A stretch of 64,000 nt of DNA, taken from the NCBI GenBank assembly GCA_965637545.1, contig OZ281497.1:17670001-17734000 (forward strand), in the 5' to 3' direction. The notes beneath the pieces are model-generated. The model saw only the letters and a program-made list of their open reading frames with translations, did not search any database and was not told where the DNA came from. This document shows positions 24,701 to 39,500 of the stretch, one piece after another; within the stretch, counting starts at the first letter, position 1; every line of letters starts with the position of its first letter. The stretch is from Phallusia mammillata. Lineage: Eukaryota. The position numbers and the translations under genes are program-made.

Positions 24701-27700
24701 ACTGTAGCTTTTTGATTTATTTTGATTCAAAATGTTTGTTCAAAGAAAAAAATGCAATGCTGTACAAGAAGTAAACCGTTTGCTGTATGTTACTTGCCTT
24801 TCAATAAATAATAACAACGGTCCGCGGTCTTCCCGGTACGGTCCGCAATTATATTACAGTTAACACGACAGTATATCAAATAAATAAAGGCAAATGTATA
24901 CACAAAATCGCAAAGGATTGTTACGTATTTTCTAGAACTATTCGACCAGAACAGATAACGCCAGTATCAGTGAAGCGTGGCGAGCAATTTACCTTCAAAG
25001 GCGCCTTTGATTACGATTTTTTTCGCACCTGTGTGAGTTGATTAGTAAGTTAAACATAGGTACAGGTGCAAAGTAGCGAGAACCCTAAAAGACCAAAAAT
25101 CTGCGAGCGTCTTAACCCAATCGAATTGCCGTTCCGCGAGATCAATTGCATCCCAAACAACTACCAGGGTCACCGCCAATCAAGCATGGACTTCTGCTGT
25201 GAACAGGTGATTATCCACAAGCGCCAAAGCATAAGACGCTGTCAAATCCAAGCGCTACTTTGTCCGTGAAAAGACGTAAAGACCGGTAACTAATTTCCAG
25301 TTGCTTTTTTATTTGTTACACATTGGTTCAATCGCTTTTCGACGTCCACGATAAACTCGAATAGCTTGGACGCGTAACCTGTGAGTTATCGATATACTCG
25401 GTACAATCGTTTGCTTGTAATTTGATTTGATTCACGTCCAGTAGTACAAGTTACAACTATAGGTTTAGCTCAATCTTTGTGTTGCACTATCACAGCGTTG
25501 GTGGCATAACAAGAGATTAGCAGGCGATGACGTCACTACAGTGTGACGTGTGCCATAGAAGCGTCGCCAGTTCGCAGTGACTGTACTCGATGTTGAGTGG
25601 CGTGAGCAGCTCATCACCAGGTAATCAGATTAGACGCATGGCGGTGGACAGGTCACTTCCGCATTTCGAAGGTCACTCTTTCCAATGAGCTTGTTTGTTG
25701 GCGTCACCGATCAACGCAGATTAAGTCTCGCGACGCTTGGCCAATTACAAGTGAGCGTAGAATTATAAACTTGCACTTCACTTTAATCCGTATGCGACCG
25801 GTATGCAGTCCGGAGCGCTGTGTTCCGGCTGTGGGTAACGCGTCGCTGCGAGCGCTCACCAGCGGTTTAGCATGTATATGCGTTCATCCACAAGGTGTCA
25901 CTGTTCGTAACTGAGTCCAGATGTTCAGATAATGGTATTAAAATAAATATTTATAAAGTATATCCAAACTGGAAATAAAACGAGAAAGGAAAAAGGTTAA
26001 AAGCAAACGTTGCATAAGGCGGTTTGCTAATGAGTTACGCAACTGCACCACAGACAAACAAAGGATTAATGGCAAAACGGGTTATGGTGGGACTTTGACC
26101 AAATCACACACACCTGTAGAAAATTATGAGGAATAAAAAATTATGTAAAGAACTGCAGTAAACAAACCTTTATGATTTCAAATCTATCAATGGTAACACA
26201 TTACAAAGTCCTTCTGCACACGTTTATTTTGCATTATTATGTAACGTAAAGACCGTAAGGCGTCTCTTTTATGTTTGACGGACATTACAGAAAACCTGTT
26301 TCTCCCATGAACGACGCAAGATAAATGTGCTAACACGCGGTTACGGTATATTACAGCACTTTGACCTTTGACATGACATTGCAATGACAGTGTTCGAGAG
26401 GGCAAAAGTAACTGCGGATGGCGCCAAAAAGGCGAATCGCCTGCTCTATGGGTTTTGATTCAGGAAGCGGCCGTCGATGATTGACGCACAAAGCAAAATG
26501 GCAATCGATCGGAAGTTCGAAATAACCTAAATCGCGGCGTACACATAATAGCCCAGGCGCTAACGACAAATAAAATGTTGCGCGGTAACACCTTTAAAAT
26601 TGGGCAAGTAATCGTTTGCAACCAATGCTTTGTTATAATTACGTTCCCACAGCCTTGCAAACCATACATTTTATTTTTTTGCGAAGAGTGTATTTAACAT
26701 TGACCATTTATGTAGAAATCCCGTTCTGTTTGCACCCATTGTAACTGTAACCATGTACACGCCGGTTGGACTTTGCAGGGTTGGTTTTGGTTGTAACGTC
26801 CATCTTATGCTACTGGTATCAGTGCCGGATTAAGGTTCTGCTGACCTGTAGGCACATTTTATAAGTGTCCCGAAAATCAGGGTTGCCAACTAAAAAATTA
26901 AAATTATCAATTTTTGACTGGCCTGTAGGCACGTGCCTGCTTTGCCTAATGGTTAATCCAGCACTGGCTGGCATGAAGAGCAATGTACAAAATGTAAAAA
27001 CTTCCTTCGGGTAAGTATACAGGCAATATGAGTACGTTACAGTTATGAAACAAGGTGCATTTACCACCAGCACTAAGCGGTGTTATATCACAACACAGAT
27101 TGGTATCTCGATTATCACAGTCCGGGCTGTTGCTGTTAAACAAAGTTGCTTCAAGCAATGGAGCAGCTATGATTAATTTTTACCGTGAGGCACCGTTCCT
27201 GGCACGTCATAAACCAAGACATCAAGCTAAGTTGACAGCTTAGGTCAAGCCTCGTCGGCAGTAGCAAATGCACAAGGGAGCTGTGTGCCTCCAGTCATAT
27301 TTTGGTTGAGGACAAGACGACCGAACCAAATATGGAATGCGCCTCGCCATACCAAAGAAAATTCATTTGCTTGACCAGAGTTTATAAGCACACAAGTAAG
27401 TTATAACACTACTGAGATGCTTTCAAAAGATCGATTTTAAAGAGAAAAAAATATTACATGTTTTGAAAAAAACTAAGTTCAATGTTTGTTATACGATCAA
27501 TTTCTTTGTTATTGTCCATGTATCTGCGTGACACAGATAGTTTTGACGTGTGATAACGCTGTCGCGAAGTGGAAGCGTCATTGAACTTGGGCTGTGGCGA
27601 CAACAAGCTAAGCACTGTGCAATTTGTTTGGCAACAAATGGAAGGAGGACGGTGGCGCGCGTTCACTCATTGGTTTTCCTGAGTCCTCTCATTCCAGTCA

Positions 27701-30700
27701 ATTACCATCCAGCGTGGAGGCGAGAAACCAATAGGAAAGGATACGAAAGCGCGAAAAAGTTTGATTTCTTGTCAGTGACCCGATGCATCCTGTCGGCCGA
27801 ACTAGCGGTTGTGGGAAAAGGAAGCAACTTTTCATAAACACAAACGAAAAAACAGAGGCGTTTTCTGTAAACCACACTTACAGCCCGGAAATAGAATTGC
27901 CACAAAGGTGGAATCTGGTTGATGGTTTGGACGACGAAAAGTAGCTAATACACACAAATTTACAAGAAACGCCATCCGCGCAAAATGTACCAAAAAGTTC
28001 TGAAATAATTTTGTTTCGTTGTAACTGAAGATGCAATAGGATAACGGTTACGTTTGCAACCTTGTTTGACTATAAACCGTATTAGCTGCAAGGTCGCGGC
28101 AGTAAAGGCTTCCTGACTTACACGAACCCACCAGGTGAATCATATGCACATCCTCCAGTTTAAATTGCGACCGCAGAGCGAATGTATAAGATAGCGATAT
28201 TATATCGCGATTGACAATCGTGTAAGCTCCACCGATCGTCATAAATCGTGATATACTACGCCGCGATCGCAAAGCCTACAAACACAAACGAACGAGCAGC
28301 AGCCGACGACGCGCGGCACTGCGATGCTAATCTGCTTACCCGGGACAGCTTATTATGACAACTGTTGCAACAAAACGTCTTGCCGAGCCGAAATATGCTA
28401 TTAATTTTTATTGCATGAAGGTACGAGGTGCGACTAGCTCACCTTCGCGGGACTCGTGATTATGAAAGCAAAGGTTTCGTACTTACTTAACCGACCTTTA
28501 AATTGTTTGGGAGAACGATGAGGCAACGCAAAATTTGGTGTCCCGAGGCCTTATTCCGTTTACTTCAGATTCGTCGATTATGCAAGACAGCATATAAACG
28601 AAAACACGGAGAAAAATAATGTAATAGGCCTGTATCACTTTTCGAGACAAAAACCAACGTTACGAAAAGAGCAAAATGACTGACAAATTGTAACCCCGGC
28701 ACAGCGACGTGAAATCTGAATTTCTTCACGTTACAGCAGTCGTAAGCTGAGCAGTAATATTTATAATGATGACAGATTACGCGTCAAACAACCAAGCCGT
28801 CCGTGCCGTGAACTCAGGTGCTGCTGGGTCAGGCAAACTGCAGGACCAACGGTGAGTCTGATACCTTGGACGATAAACAGGATTTGATATGCGGTCACTA
28901 ATTAATTCCCGACAAGTGGTGACGATCTAGCAGGTGTGACGCAAATGCAGTAAACGTCTCCGTGTAATGGGTTACACGCGCATGACACATTTGTAAACAA
29001 ATACAACAACCGCAAAGCGCAAATTAGTTGAACAATTTGCCTTTTCAAGTAAAAGTAGTTAGAACTAAAAGTAGTAGGAATCACTTTGTTTTGAATGTTG
29101 GATAATAAACAAAATAAAAAGAATTTGTCGGAAAAGAGCATGGAGTCCTCTATGTCAATCAGCGGCAACACAATGATGGCCATCATTTCAAAGCAAAACA
29201 TAAACTACACTCGTTTAGTCCAAACACTCGGGGTCGGTAAAGTGCGGTAGCGGTGTGTTACAGTTTTACAACACAAACGGATGATTTACAACACTCGGTT
29301 TCTATTCCGGACTTTTACTTAATTAGAAAAACTTCTAGTATTATATATGTTGCTCGTTTATTGCAGGGCGGCTAACTGATTAACGTATGCGCCATTTTTG
29401 ATGTTTTACTCAGATGCACCACACACAAACACTAGTTACGGATAAAAATGGGAAAGCAAAACCATGCAAATATAATGAATGGAACATGGTGTAAAAATTT
29501 GTATACAATTCACGACAAACTTTCTGCTCCAAGTGGAATTTTTAGCAGTGGAGTTTTTATCGATTTTTATCTTAGGAGATATCGTGTCACTTACAAAATT
29601 AAACAATGTTCCATTGCAGTTGTGCACACCTGGTTTCGGGGAAAACAGTACAAATATAACACATATTGTTTGATGTCAGTTAAACAACGCCTTCGATATG
29701 GCTGCCAAATATTTTTTGTCAAGGTGAGGTGACTGACTTGTGACTTTTCAGTGTCCCGCACCCTTTATAGTGTTATGCCCGGGATTTACCAAATGCTGTG
29801 CCGCTATAACTTGGCGGCTTCACCAAAAGCGTCGCCCTTCATCGACACAAAATGCGCGTTGCGCGAGATGTTATGACTAAACAAGGATTGTCGGTTTCCA
29901 TTGACACTTGCGACATGAAGACTTAACGATGGCTGGCAGCGTCGTAAGATACGCTAGAGTACCAAATGGCGTCGCAATGCTGTGTCAAAGCAAAACAAGG
30001 CGAGCAAAAATTCACCGAAGCCCGACCGATACAACTGCAATCGGCCGGTTCGCCCTTGAAGTGTACCGAGTGTGTTTTCAATATACGCGAGTAACGCGTC
30101 GACAGTAAACAGCGATTTGCACGCAAAGACAAAACATCCGACGCTTGTTTGGTTGCAAAACCCTGAGTAGCGGCCACTGGAGCGCTCTGCAATGCCTAGT
30201 TTGTTTTCACAGTCAATATTTTATAGCAAACAGCGGCATGTTGCAAGTACGGCGCAACATAACCTCAGTGTCCGCTTAATTTGGGGTTCATTCGCTCGGT
30301 TGAGTGCGAAGAAATCACGGCGGCGCGCGCGTACAAGTGCGTTATTAGCTGCCTGTAAATAATCATCATGTTTAATGTCAACATATTCAGGGCAGCTAGC
30401 GCGGTGAGCGCATCAGACATATCCACAGGTGCTGGGAGAGCGGAGATTGACAGGCTTATAAATGGAGTCAAGCTCTCATCGGGCTTTTGCGCAGTGTTTG
30501 CTAGTCCGGTAATGGGCATATGAGACAAGGGCGCATACAATACATCACGCAAAAGTGTTTGCGCGCGTTGGTTGGTTGGTGTTGTTACAAAATCATGTAC
30601 AAACAGCATTCCATTCCAGATGGACAATTCGAGCAAATGACTTTCGTGAATCACAGCTCCGGCAGCTGAACTATCGTCAATTTAAATTGTTGCTTCCCAC

Positions 30701-33700
30701 ACTGAGTCACTCATTAGGCGGACTATTTTAGGTCCACGTAAGTGCTGATTGCGGCGAGGCAGGCACGGTAGAACGGGCTCCTTTTGAATTTTCGTCTCCT
30801 CCTCTTGTCTCTTGTAGACTTCGAGTGTTTCCCAGAGCTGAAGATCTAGTTATCCATCGCTCCTCGCGACAACCTCCGACAGTTACCGGGATCGTTCGCT
30901 GTTTGCTCAATAACCGAACCTGAAACCAGCAAGTTGCCAAAATTTTCCTCTTCGATCCATACGAGCGCGCACAGGCCGCACCGTAAACAGTGCCCGTCGA
31001 CCTCTGGCGATCGCTGGGTGATGTCGACAACAAGAGAAATTGCACAAGGGGGCGATGGGTTGAACCTTTTCGTAAGTGGTTAGTCGTTTTGGCGTCATCC
31101 ACGTCAGAGTAAGGTTATTTAGGAGTCTCCTTATAAAGGCACGGGGTGGTGTCTCAAAAGCGGTTGAAGACCAGAATATAGCGTGACGAGCAATTAGATA
31201 CTTGCTTCCCGCCGCAGCTCAACGACCTGAAAAGACGGAACCCAGGTGGCCTCCGCGAAATGCCATGTAACGCAACCGCTCTGGGCCTCCACAGACACGC
31301 TCGTCAACAGGCGGAGTTGGGAAAACAGTCGGTGCGGAAGTCGTGCCTCATCAAGCTCCAGCGAGCACCGAATGTGGGAACGTCCTAACGACTCGCGGTA
31401 ATTGAAAAGAACGCCCGACTCCTGCCAGTCTCTGCAGTGGGCGAACAATGCGTCCCCGAAGTACAAACAGAGAAGGGTCGTGTTGAGGCTTCTGGCCCGA
31501 TGCGTGTGTTCAGTTAAAAATTTTAAATCAGCGCCTGCGCTTGGTTTGCATGCAAACACGTTAAGGTACGGTTTCTTGTTATCCGATACCAAGGATTGGC
31601 GGATGAGGACTGAGGACTGTCTCTCAAAAACGGATTCATCCCCGCTCCCACATTCTTATCCATTGTCGCATGTGTACGTGCAAAATTGCCAGCTCATTGT
31701 CGGCAGCACTTGTTAATTTGAAGTGAGTTGATTATGGGTCCGTGCATGTCAAGCCGTCGATGAGACACCACAAAGGCCGTGTGGGCTTTCCGTTGTAGAA
31801 TCAGTGTATAGGAAACGACGGGACAATGGAGATATTTAGCGACAACCATGTTTTCCATTTCGATACAGGCGGAGACACGATGAATGCCCGCTAGAAATTC
31901 CCACATTTTCCAATAGAAACTGTGCTCCCACATGAGTGCAGTAGACACATCTTTGTGATCGGACGGTTACAATGAATTTTATTCCAATAAGACTTGGGAT
32001 CATAAAAATCCATGACCATGTTTTGAAACATATTGCTAAAATTCCTTCTGAAGTACAATAATTACAACGCAACAAGTAACTAACGGCAACAAGATTTTGT
32101 CTGTACAACAAGAATTTTAAATATATAATACATATTTCAACAAAATTTAAATGTAATACAATATTTCAACAAAAATCAAATCGCAGCGCAAATGGTGTTA
32201 ATGCTAAAAACTTTTTGTTTAATTGATAAATTAAAATTAAACACGTATTTAGAAAACAGAGGATTGAAAATCTTGTCCAAAACCTAAATGTGAAAACTGA
32301 TTCTCCGAATACAAATCGAATTTTGCTATCCCTGGAAATCACCCTACAATTAACCATTAGTTCCGGCCTTTCCCCTATCGAGACCTAATCTACAAGTATT
32401 TGGGTGTAATCGCGTTATTCGATAAAGCGACGAATTGCGTGCCTGTCAACACGTGAGGTAATCCCAATTTTTGATTCACAAGCGAAGATTTGTATCTTAT
32501 TTTGGGTCGATCCGGGTGCGTCGTCGAGGTGAAAGATTTGTCAGTCACCGGGAATTACCGTTGTTTTATGCTGTGTCGCTTACGTTTACCAGGGCAACAA
32601 GGGGCGAGGCGTGGCGGACTAGTCGCAGCACAATTAACCCGCCAGCCCATTGCGATGTTTAAACGCGTAAAAGCTAGAGCGAATAGACTAATGCTGGGGT
32701 TCCCACTGTCGGTTTGTTGTGGTTCACAATATTCGTATGGAACGGGGGCGGGGGGACGACAGTCGCTAACGGGAACAGAAAAGCGCATCGCCTCGCAGTG
32801 AGTGTGATGACAACAAGCGAAGGCCTCCTAATGGACGGCTGTTGCGCTCGACAATTACCCAGCAAGCACTTTTTCGCGATTCTTCGCGCCTTGCGACCCA
32901 TACGTAGACAGTATTAATTGGCGCTTTGAATGATTTATGCCCGCTCGGCGTACATTAATAATCAATAAGCGAGCATTAGTAACTGAAATAGACTAATTCC
33001 TTGAGTGAAAAGACGCGGGAACGCTGTATTTTACACCTTCAAATTTATTTCTCGCGGACGTACATTTAACGATACCCTGATTTTTAAAACGCAAGTTATG
33101 TACGCAGAATTCCACTGGGAACACGGAATAAAATACCATGCATGGCACGTGCTCCATTTGCAAATGTGTCATTTTGACCAAACAAAGCTAAATGTTTCAA
33201 GTAAAACATTTTTGAGATCAATAAAATGGTGGACGCGTTTTTTGGCAGGTGGCAATGCGACAGCGGACGCGGACCAACGACTGCTGGTCCGAAATTCGTA
33301 AACTCGTCGTCGTTGACGTGTTTACAAATAATAGAAAGTGTTTTCGAGCGATGTGCGGGCGATATGTTCTTCAGGGGCCCTAATAAACAAGGGAAGTGAC
33401 ATGTGTCGACCGTACCGTGGTCACGAGAGGGAAATCTGTGTTTTCGTGAAAGAAGTGACCGTTATTGATATAATAACGAACGAGCAGCGGACAAACGAGG
33501 CAACCATAGTTTCAATACAAACAAGGTCATTAAAATTTAAAAATAAAACAACAAAGGAAAAGAATCACCCGGCACCGGTCCGCCGGATCGACTGTGTATG
33601 TAGGCTTAACGCCTGAGTTGGGCTGTACACACAGGGATTCAAGGATACAAGCAAAGCACACGGACAGTTAACGTGTCGAACAGCTCGTAATGTTTGTGTC

Positions 33701-33985
33701 TGTTGCAGGCTGGAAAATAAACCTGACATGTTAACCTGGCGTTTGGATGTTTTCCGGAATGACGACATACCGGTGTCCACACTAAGCTGTTGCCGGACGC
33801 ACACGCATAAGCCTAAAAATCACGCAGTTCACCAAAAAAGCTGTCAAAAGTGCCCTCTAATAGCAAAAGCTGTTGATATAACAAGCAATTAATTGTCACC
33901 AGGTCTCCTAGATCACCTAATATATGTACATGCGGTCACTATAAAGAATGATATCTATTATGTGCACGTTAGCAACTAGCCGCAC

Positions 33986-34033
33986 ATTTCGTTAGGTCTT
34001 CAGAAACAAATTTCGTTAGGCCGTCAGAAACAA
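33986..34033. repeat. 24-bp tandem duplication
   Basis: ATTTCGTTAGGTCTTCAGAAACAA followed directly by ATTTCGTTAGGCCGTCAGAAACAA. Confidence 0.8.
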
Positions 34034-36564
34034 ACAGTGTTAATATTTCAAAAAATTAGCATTGTTTTCGATGGATAGTTGCTTTACCAGTGGCATTTCA
34101 GTGGTATTAGTGGTATTTTATATTTATTTAAATCCTCTTTTTATGTATTTAAATCAATTACAACTAAATCGGAAAGCTTTTTCCACAGAACTGATATAAT
34201 TTGAATCGTACTGACCATCAAAGTATAGACAAGAAAAGACATAGAAACCTATGTCTAACTACAAAATTTGTACTTTTTTAAAGACAAATTTGCTCTAAAA
34301 CATAACCTTACTGTCAACGCGCATGCTAACGTAGAAAAATGTCAATAAACAATTAAAACCCGTTAAAAAATCTTCAACTTATCGCGACACAGGAATTTGA
34401 CTTTTCCGGCCATTGACGTCACAATTTCTGCGACTGTTTGTTTTAGTTTTCGCGTTACACAAAATGCCGGAAAATTTACCATCGCGCTACACTCAAACAT
34501 GTAATTTAAAATTATCTGCTATCAGACAAAAATACGCCTAATGGAAGTCTTGATGAGCTTGGCCCAAATATTTACACAAAATTAATAATTATAACTTCGC
34601 TATCTTTTTAAAATTAATATCCAGACGTTTTTTTTTAAACAGGCCTAATTCTGTCAGTTAAGCGGAAACGAAAACTTGACTGTTAACACACACAAACGAA
34701 AAATTGACACTTGTATATAGACAAAGTACCGAACAAAAATCGATTGGATTATAACACTAATATCGTTGACGTTCCTGGCACGTGCGATCCGTTCGTTTGT
34801 AAACATTCAAATTGCGTGCTTGCACTTTGGAGGATGTTTGGTTTAGTTTCGGAAACAAATAGCCACTAATCGGGTACTTCGGGCGATGTGCCGCGTTTTA
34901 GCTGCGAAAATCGAGCTAGCAAAGTCAAAAAATTAGTACGAAAGCATAATAGTAATTATGAATCAAACCATCACTGATTTATTCGTTTGGGCACCGGTTT
35001 AACAAAATGAACAAAGATTTTTTTCCCGTTTTATTGTAAAACATTGATATTTTTATATTGAATCATGTATAAACTGCAGTAATTTTTAAGAATATCTGGT
35101 CCCGAAACAGAAATTGGTAAAATAATTTAGGCGCGGACTGATTTCGTAAGCGAGAGAAGCGAATTACCAACCGACGCGCCTCTCTCGGAAATACAGGAAA
35201 AAGGTAATCAGGCGTGATGAAATAAAACGAATCAAAGAGCTCAATCCAAGTCAGTTTCCGTATAGTAAACAGCCAATATTAGGATTGCACACTTACAGCA
35301 TGGAAGTCAGAGTAAAAACAAGCCGAGTTGTTGTAAATGCAATCGTTAGGGTTCTTGGTCGTCAATCTGCTTGTCGACGCCGAACAGAAGAAATCGTTTT
35401 GTGTAAACAGAGTATTACAGCCGCGCCTGAACTAACAAGAGGCAGCAAAATCAAGGTGCAAGTAAAAATATTTTCGGCATTTTAACGGTGGTTGCCTGAT
35501 TGGATTAGAACACAAAGTGGTAAAATCGGACCTTGAGCGTTTTGCAGGCCATAACACGGACTTTAAAAACTCGCCGCTTGGTGGATAATTAAAACTCTGT
35601 TGCACGCAGAGATTTTGGCGCGCAAACCATTATTGCAGAGAATCCGGCCGCTGCGAAGTTGCATTGTTCCCCTGAGGCGCCTGATAACGAAAATCTGTTT
35701 ACCTTTGCTTCGCCTCATTGTCCATCGCTCATTCGATCTCGCATAACTGACTAAAACATGATTCGATTGAAAAAAAATCCTGCGTTACCCGGCCTTTTCG
35801 CTAATAGCTGAAACTGCACTTGCAACATGAGCTTTAGCTCGCCAAATCTATACTTTGCTCTTGGCGTACCAGTTGCATGCTACTCTGCGTGTATGGGAAC
35901 CGTCGTAGGGCCAGTGTCCCCAACGAGTGAGTGGTTAAGCATGCCGAATAATTTAGGTAATAAACGCAGTATAATGCGTACTGTAAACAAGGGTTTCGCC
36001 GGCGCTAAAATCTGCTGCAATGGGGAAAACAGCCCCAGTTGGTGTTTACGTTCAAACCCGTTTACCGGCCGCGAGTTGCTGGTGACGACACGCGACGTTC
36101 GACAACGGCGTCAAAGAAACTCATGTGGAACGATGCATCGTGTGTTGATATGGCAGTGGTGCGGGTGTCGGGCACAGGCATAAACGAGCAGACCTGTTGC
36201 CGGTGACAACTCGCCGACAGTTTGTTACTGCAACGCATGTTAGCTGCCGACAAGGTTTGTTACTGCAACGATTCCGGGTTTGGGGTTTAAATACGGGCCG
36301 AGTGAGGTTTTGTTTTTGGCAAAAGACCCAGGCGAGTTACTGAAAATACCGGTGCGTATTATCGGAAAGAATTTTGCACGTGCAAAGAGCGGAACATAAA
36401 TGGTTGGTTTGGCAAACAAACAGTTGGTTGCAGTTGTCAGTAATTAGTCATTATCAGCAATACGAGTATTTGAGTGTGATCGTGTATTATTTCTTTACAG
36501 TTATTTGGAAATTTTGGTGCCGTACAGGCTAATAAAGTAATTTTGAATTTTTACTTTGTTTATT

Positions 36565-39500
36565 ATGGTCTTTGATGTAAACCCGTTCGAAACACCGGAA
36601 CAGGATTTCGAGAGTTCGAGACAGCATTCGTATTCCGAGAGCTACCAGCCGCCACGAACCCCAGTTTTACCACAACGACAATTTAGTTTTTTGGCAGGTG
36701 AAACCAACCGCATAGGCGTTAAGCGTGAATCTCACGAGTACATTAACTACAGCAACCCGTTTCCGCACTCTTCAGTGCCCCAGAATTCCCGGGCCCCAGA
36801 CGCCGACCAGGCAACCACGTCACGCTACTCGCAAAACCCAGCCTCCGTGCAGTTTGGAAGCATGATGAGTTCAATTCCACCTCATCATCACGGCAGTAGT
36901 CAGCAAGATATCATTGACGGAAGCGGAAGCAGTGCATGTGGTTCAATGTACGATAACTTTTACAATCAAAACGCCTTCGCGGCACAAGCTGCCGCCGCTG
37001 CCCGGGGACAACACCCGGCTGCAACAGGGCATCCCTACGCTTCAGCGCTCGAATACCCATCAGCCGCCAGTGCTTCCAATCCTTATCATCTCTGGTTGAA
37101 TCCAGCAGCTGCTGGATCTTCATCAATGGGGGCAGGTAGTCCGTTTAACTCAGCTACATCTTACATGCAATCTGCAACGTATGGTGCGGCAGCGGTGGCA
37201 GCAGCGGCCGGGCAGCGTCAATTATTTGGCCCGGGAAGTTTCGGTTCTGATTTCGCTTGGCTTTCGCTATCCAGTCAATCAGAGCTTTTCAAGATGGTGC
37301 GACCTCCTTACTCTTATTCCGCACTGATCGCCATGGCAATCCAAAATTCACCCGAGAAAAAGCTGACTCTGTCACAAATCTACCAATACGTGGCCGAAAA
37401 TTTTCCTTTTTACAAAAAGAGCCGCGCGGGTTGGCAAAACTCAATTCGTCACAACTTGTCGCTAAACGACTGCTTCAAGAAGGTGGCGAGGGACGAGGAC
37501 GACCCCGGTAAGGGCAACTACTGGGCGCTTGATCCTAACTGTGAAAAGATGTTCGACAATGGAAATTTCAGGTATATTACATCGCGACGCCATTTTGTAC
37601 GAACATGCAATTGTAGTGAATAATCTTGCAAAACGTCCCTCTCCGCCGGCGACAGCAACGAACCGTAGTCTCATGCGCGACAAAAGCAGTAAACAACTAA
37701 ATTATGCGGAAAACAAATACAGCGTTTAAAGCATTCGGTTCAATGTGTTTTCGAATGTAACATTTTTTTTAAATACTATGTATATTACAAATAGGAAATA
37801 AACTAGTATTGTTTACCAAAGTGCATAAGAAATAGGAATTTATTTCCTCAAAGGGTGCACATGCTTTCCAGTGAGATAGGCCATCGCAATCCACAACACT
37901 AACAACACATCAGTCAAACCCAACTTTCGCGCGAGCACAACTCCACGATTTTATCTCAATCATTTTAATCGTATTATGCTAGCGTGGCACACACAAACGG
38001 CCATCCGTCTGCATAGAGTCGCTAGCGATAATCCTCAACGAGTAGTCATGACGTTAAAGCTGGCATGTAGATTTAAGCTACAGTCGAAAACTGCGTTTTG
38101 GGGTCGGGACAACACAGTTTAGAAATTTACACAAAACATGCTCATGAATATGTGAGCGACACTATAACATCGTCGGGGCCGGCGTTTATCGTACGCGGTG
38201 TAAACCACGGTATCTTCCGATCAGGTTATAAGAGGCGAACATGCCCGTGCTGCTGCTGACGCACTAAGAGAAATGTCACAGGCGTGTTTGTGTGCGCTTA
38301 ATAAGCAATGAAATGTGCCACAATATCTCAAAAACACTTATTAATCATCTTCCTTCAATGTCGAAATAATCTTCTGAATAATACGCCACAGAAACAATTG
38401 TCCACAACAAATACATGACAATATGCTCCCGAGGCCGTAACGATGTACATATGTCGACCTTTTTGGAAAAAAACACCATTACCTTGCAAAGTGAAGGACC
38501 AAACAGGAAATTGCGGTCTGTTTCAAATGAAAATCGGTCAACCAACAGCGCTATTAAATACTTGCCAGCGATCCCTAACAAGCGTAACAAAAACACTTTA
38601 GTTGTGATTTGCACGCACCTGCCCACAACAGCTATTCAAAACGGCCTGGGTTGTTTGCGTTTTTAAGCTTGAAGATTCAGCGCTTGCAGAAACTCTACTA
38701 TTAATAACGATTTAAACCTGCAAATACATCTTAACCGTGCAAAAGTTTTAATTTCTTTAAAGTATGCAACAAAAAACAACATTTACAAAATTGTTCCGTC
38801 GTTTACGCAGGCGTGCTATCAAATGTCGCATCTTGAAATATCGGTAGGGTTCAAATCTGGGGTCGCCACGCCTGCTTTGGTATAAGACGATAAGTTGCTT
38901 CTGAATGCTGGTTGGCACCTTTTTGTTGTACCAAACAAAGCAACGAAACACCACAACATTCCAAACTATTTTCAATCCCAAAGCCTTTACATCGCAATCG
39001 CATTTCAAAGCATGTACTAACTTAATACACTAATTTATCAACCGCACAAAAAATGGATCAATTGATTTTCGTGTTCACAACGCGCAAACGCTATTGAATA
39101 GTTCAAATACACATGAAATACTACTCACGACTTTCTCCTCCTAGACCTAGACATTAAAACTACATATTTTACTGCAACTACTTTTTTGACTTCAACAAGC
39201 ATATGTGTGTGCAATATCTTGACCGCAACAAAATAATCCACGTATGAAATCAAGCTGTACATCTTTATGGATTCACAAATTCTGGTAAAGACAGTCAGTC
39301 GTTTATTAGAAAAAGTGTACAATGGCGTTGAACCCTTGTGAACTGTGCATGTTAACCGCCATGGCGCGCTTAGGGGGTAACTACAATAACGTTTGGCGAA
39401 AGTCTATTTGGAAACTGTTGACAGTGAAAACTTACAAAACATGTTTGTCGACAAGCCGGGCGATTTGCGTGATAGCCGACGCAGGCTAAAATGTCGAAAG

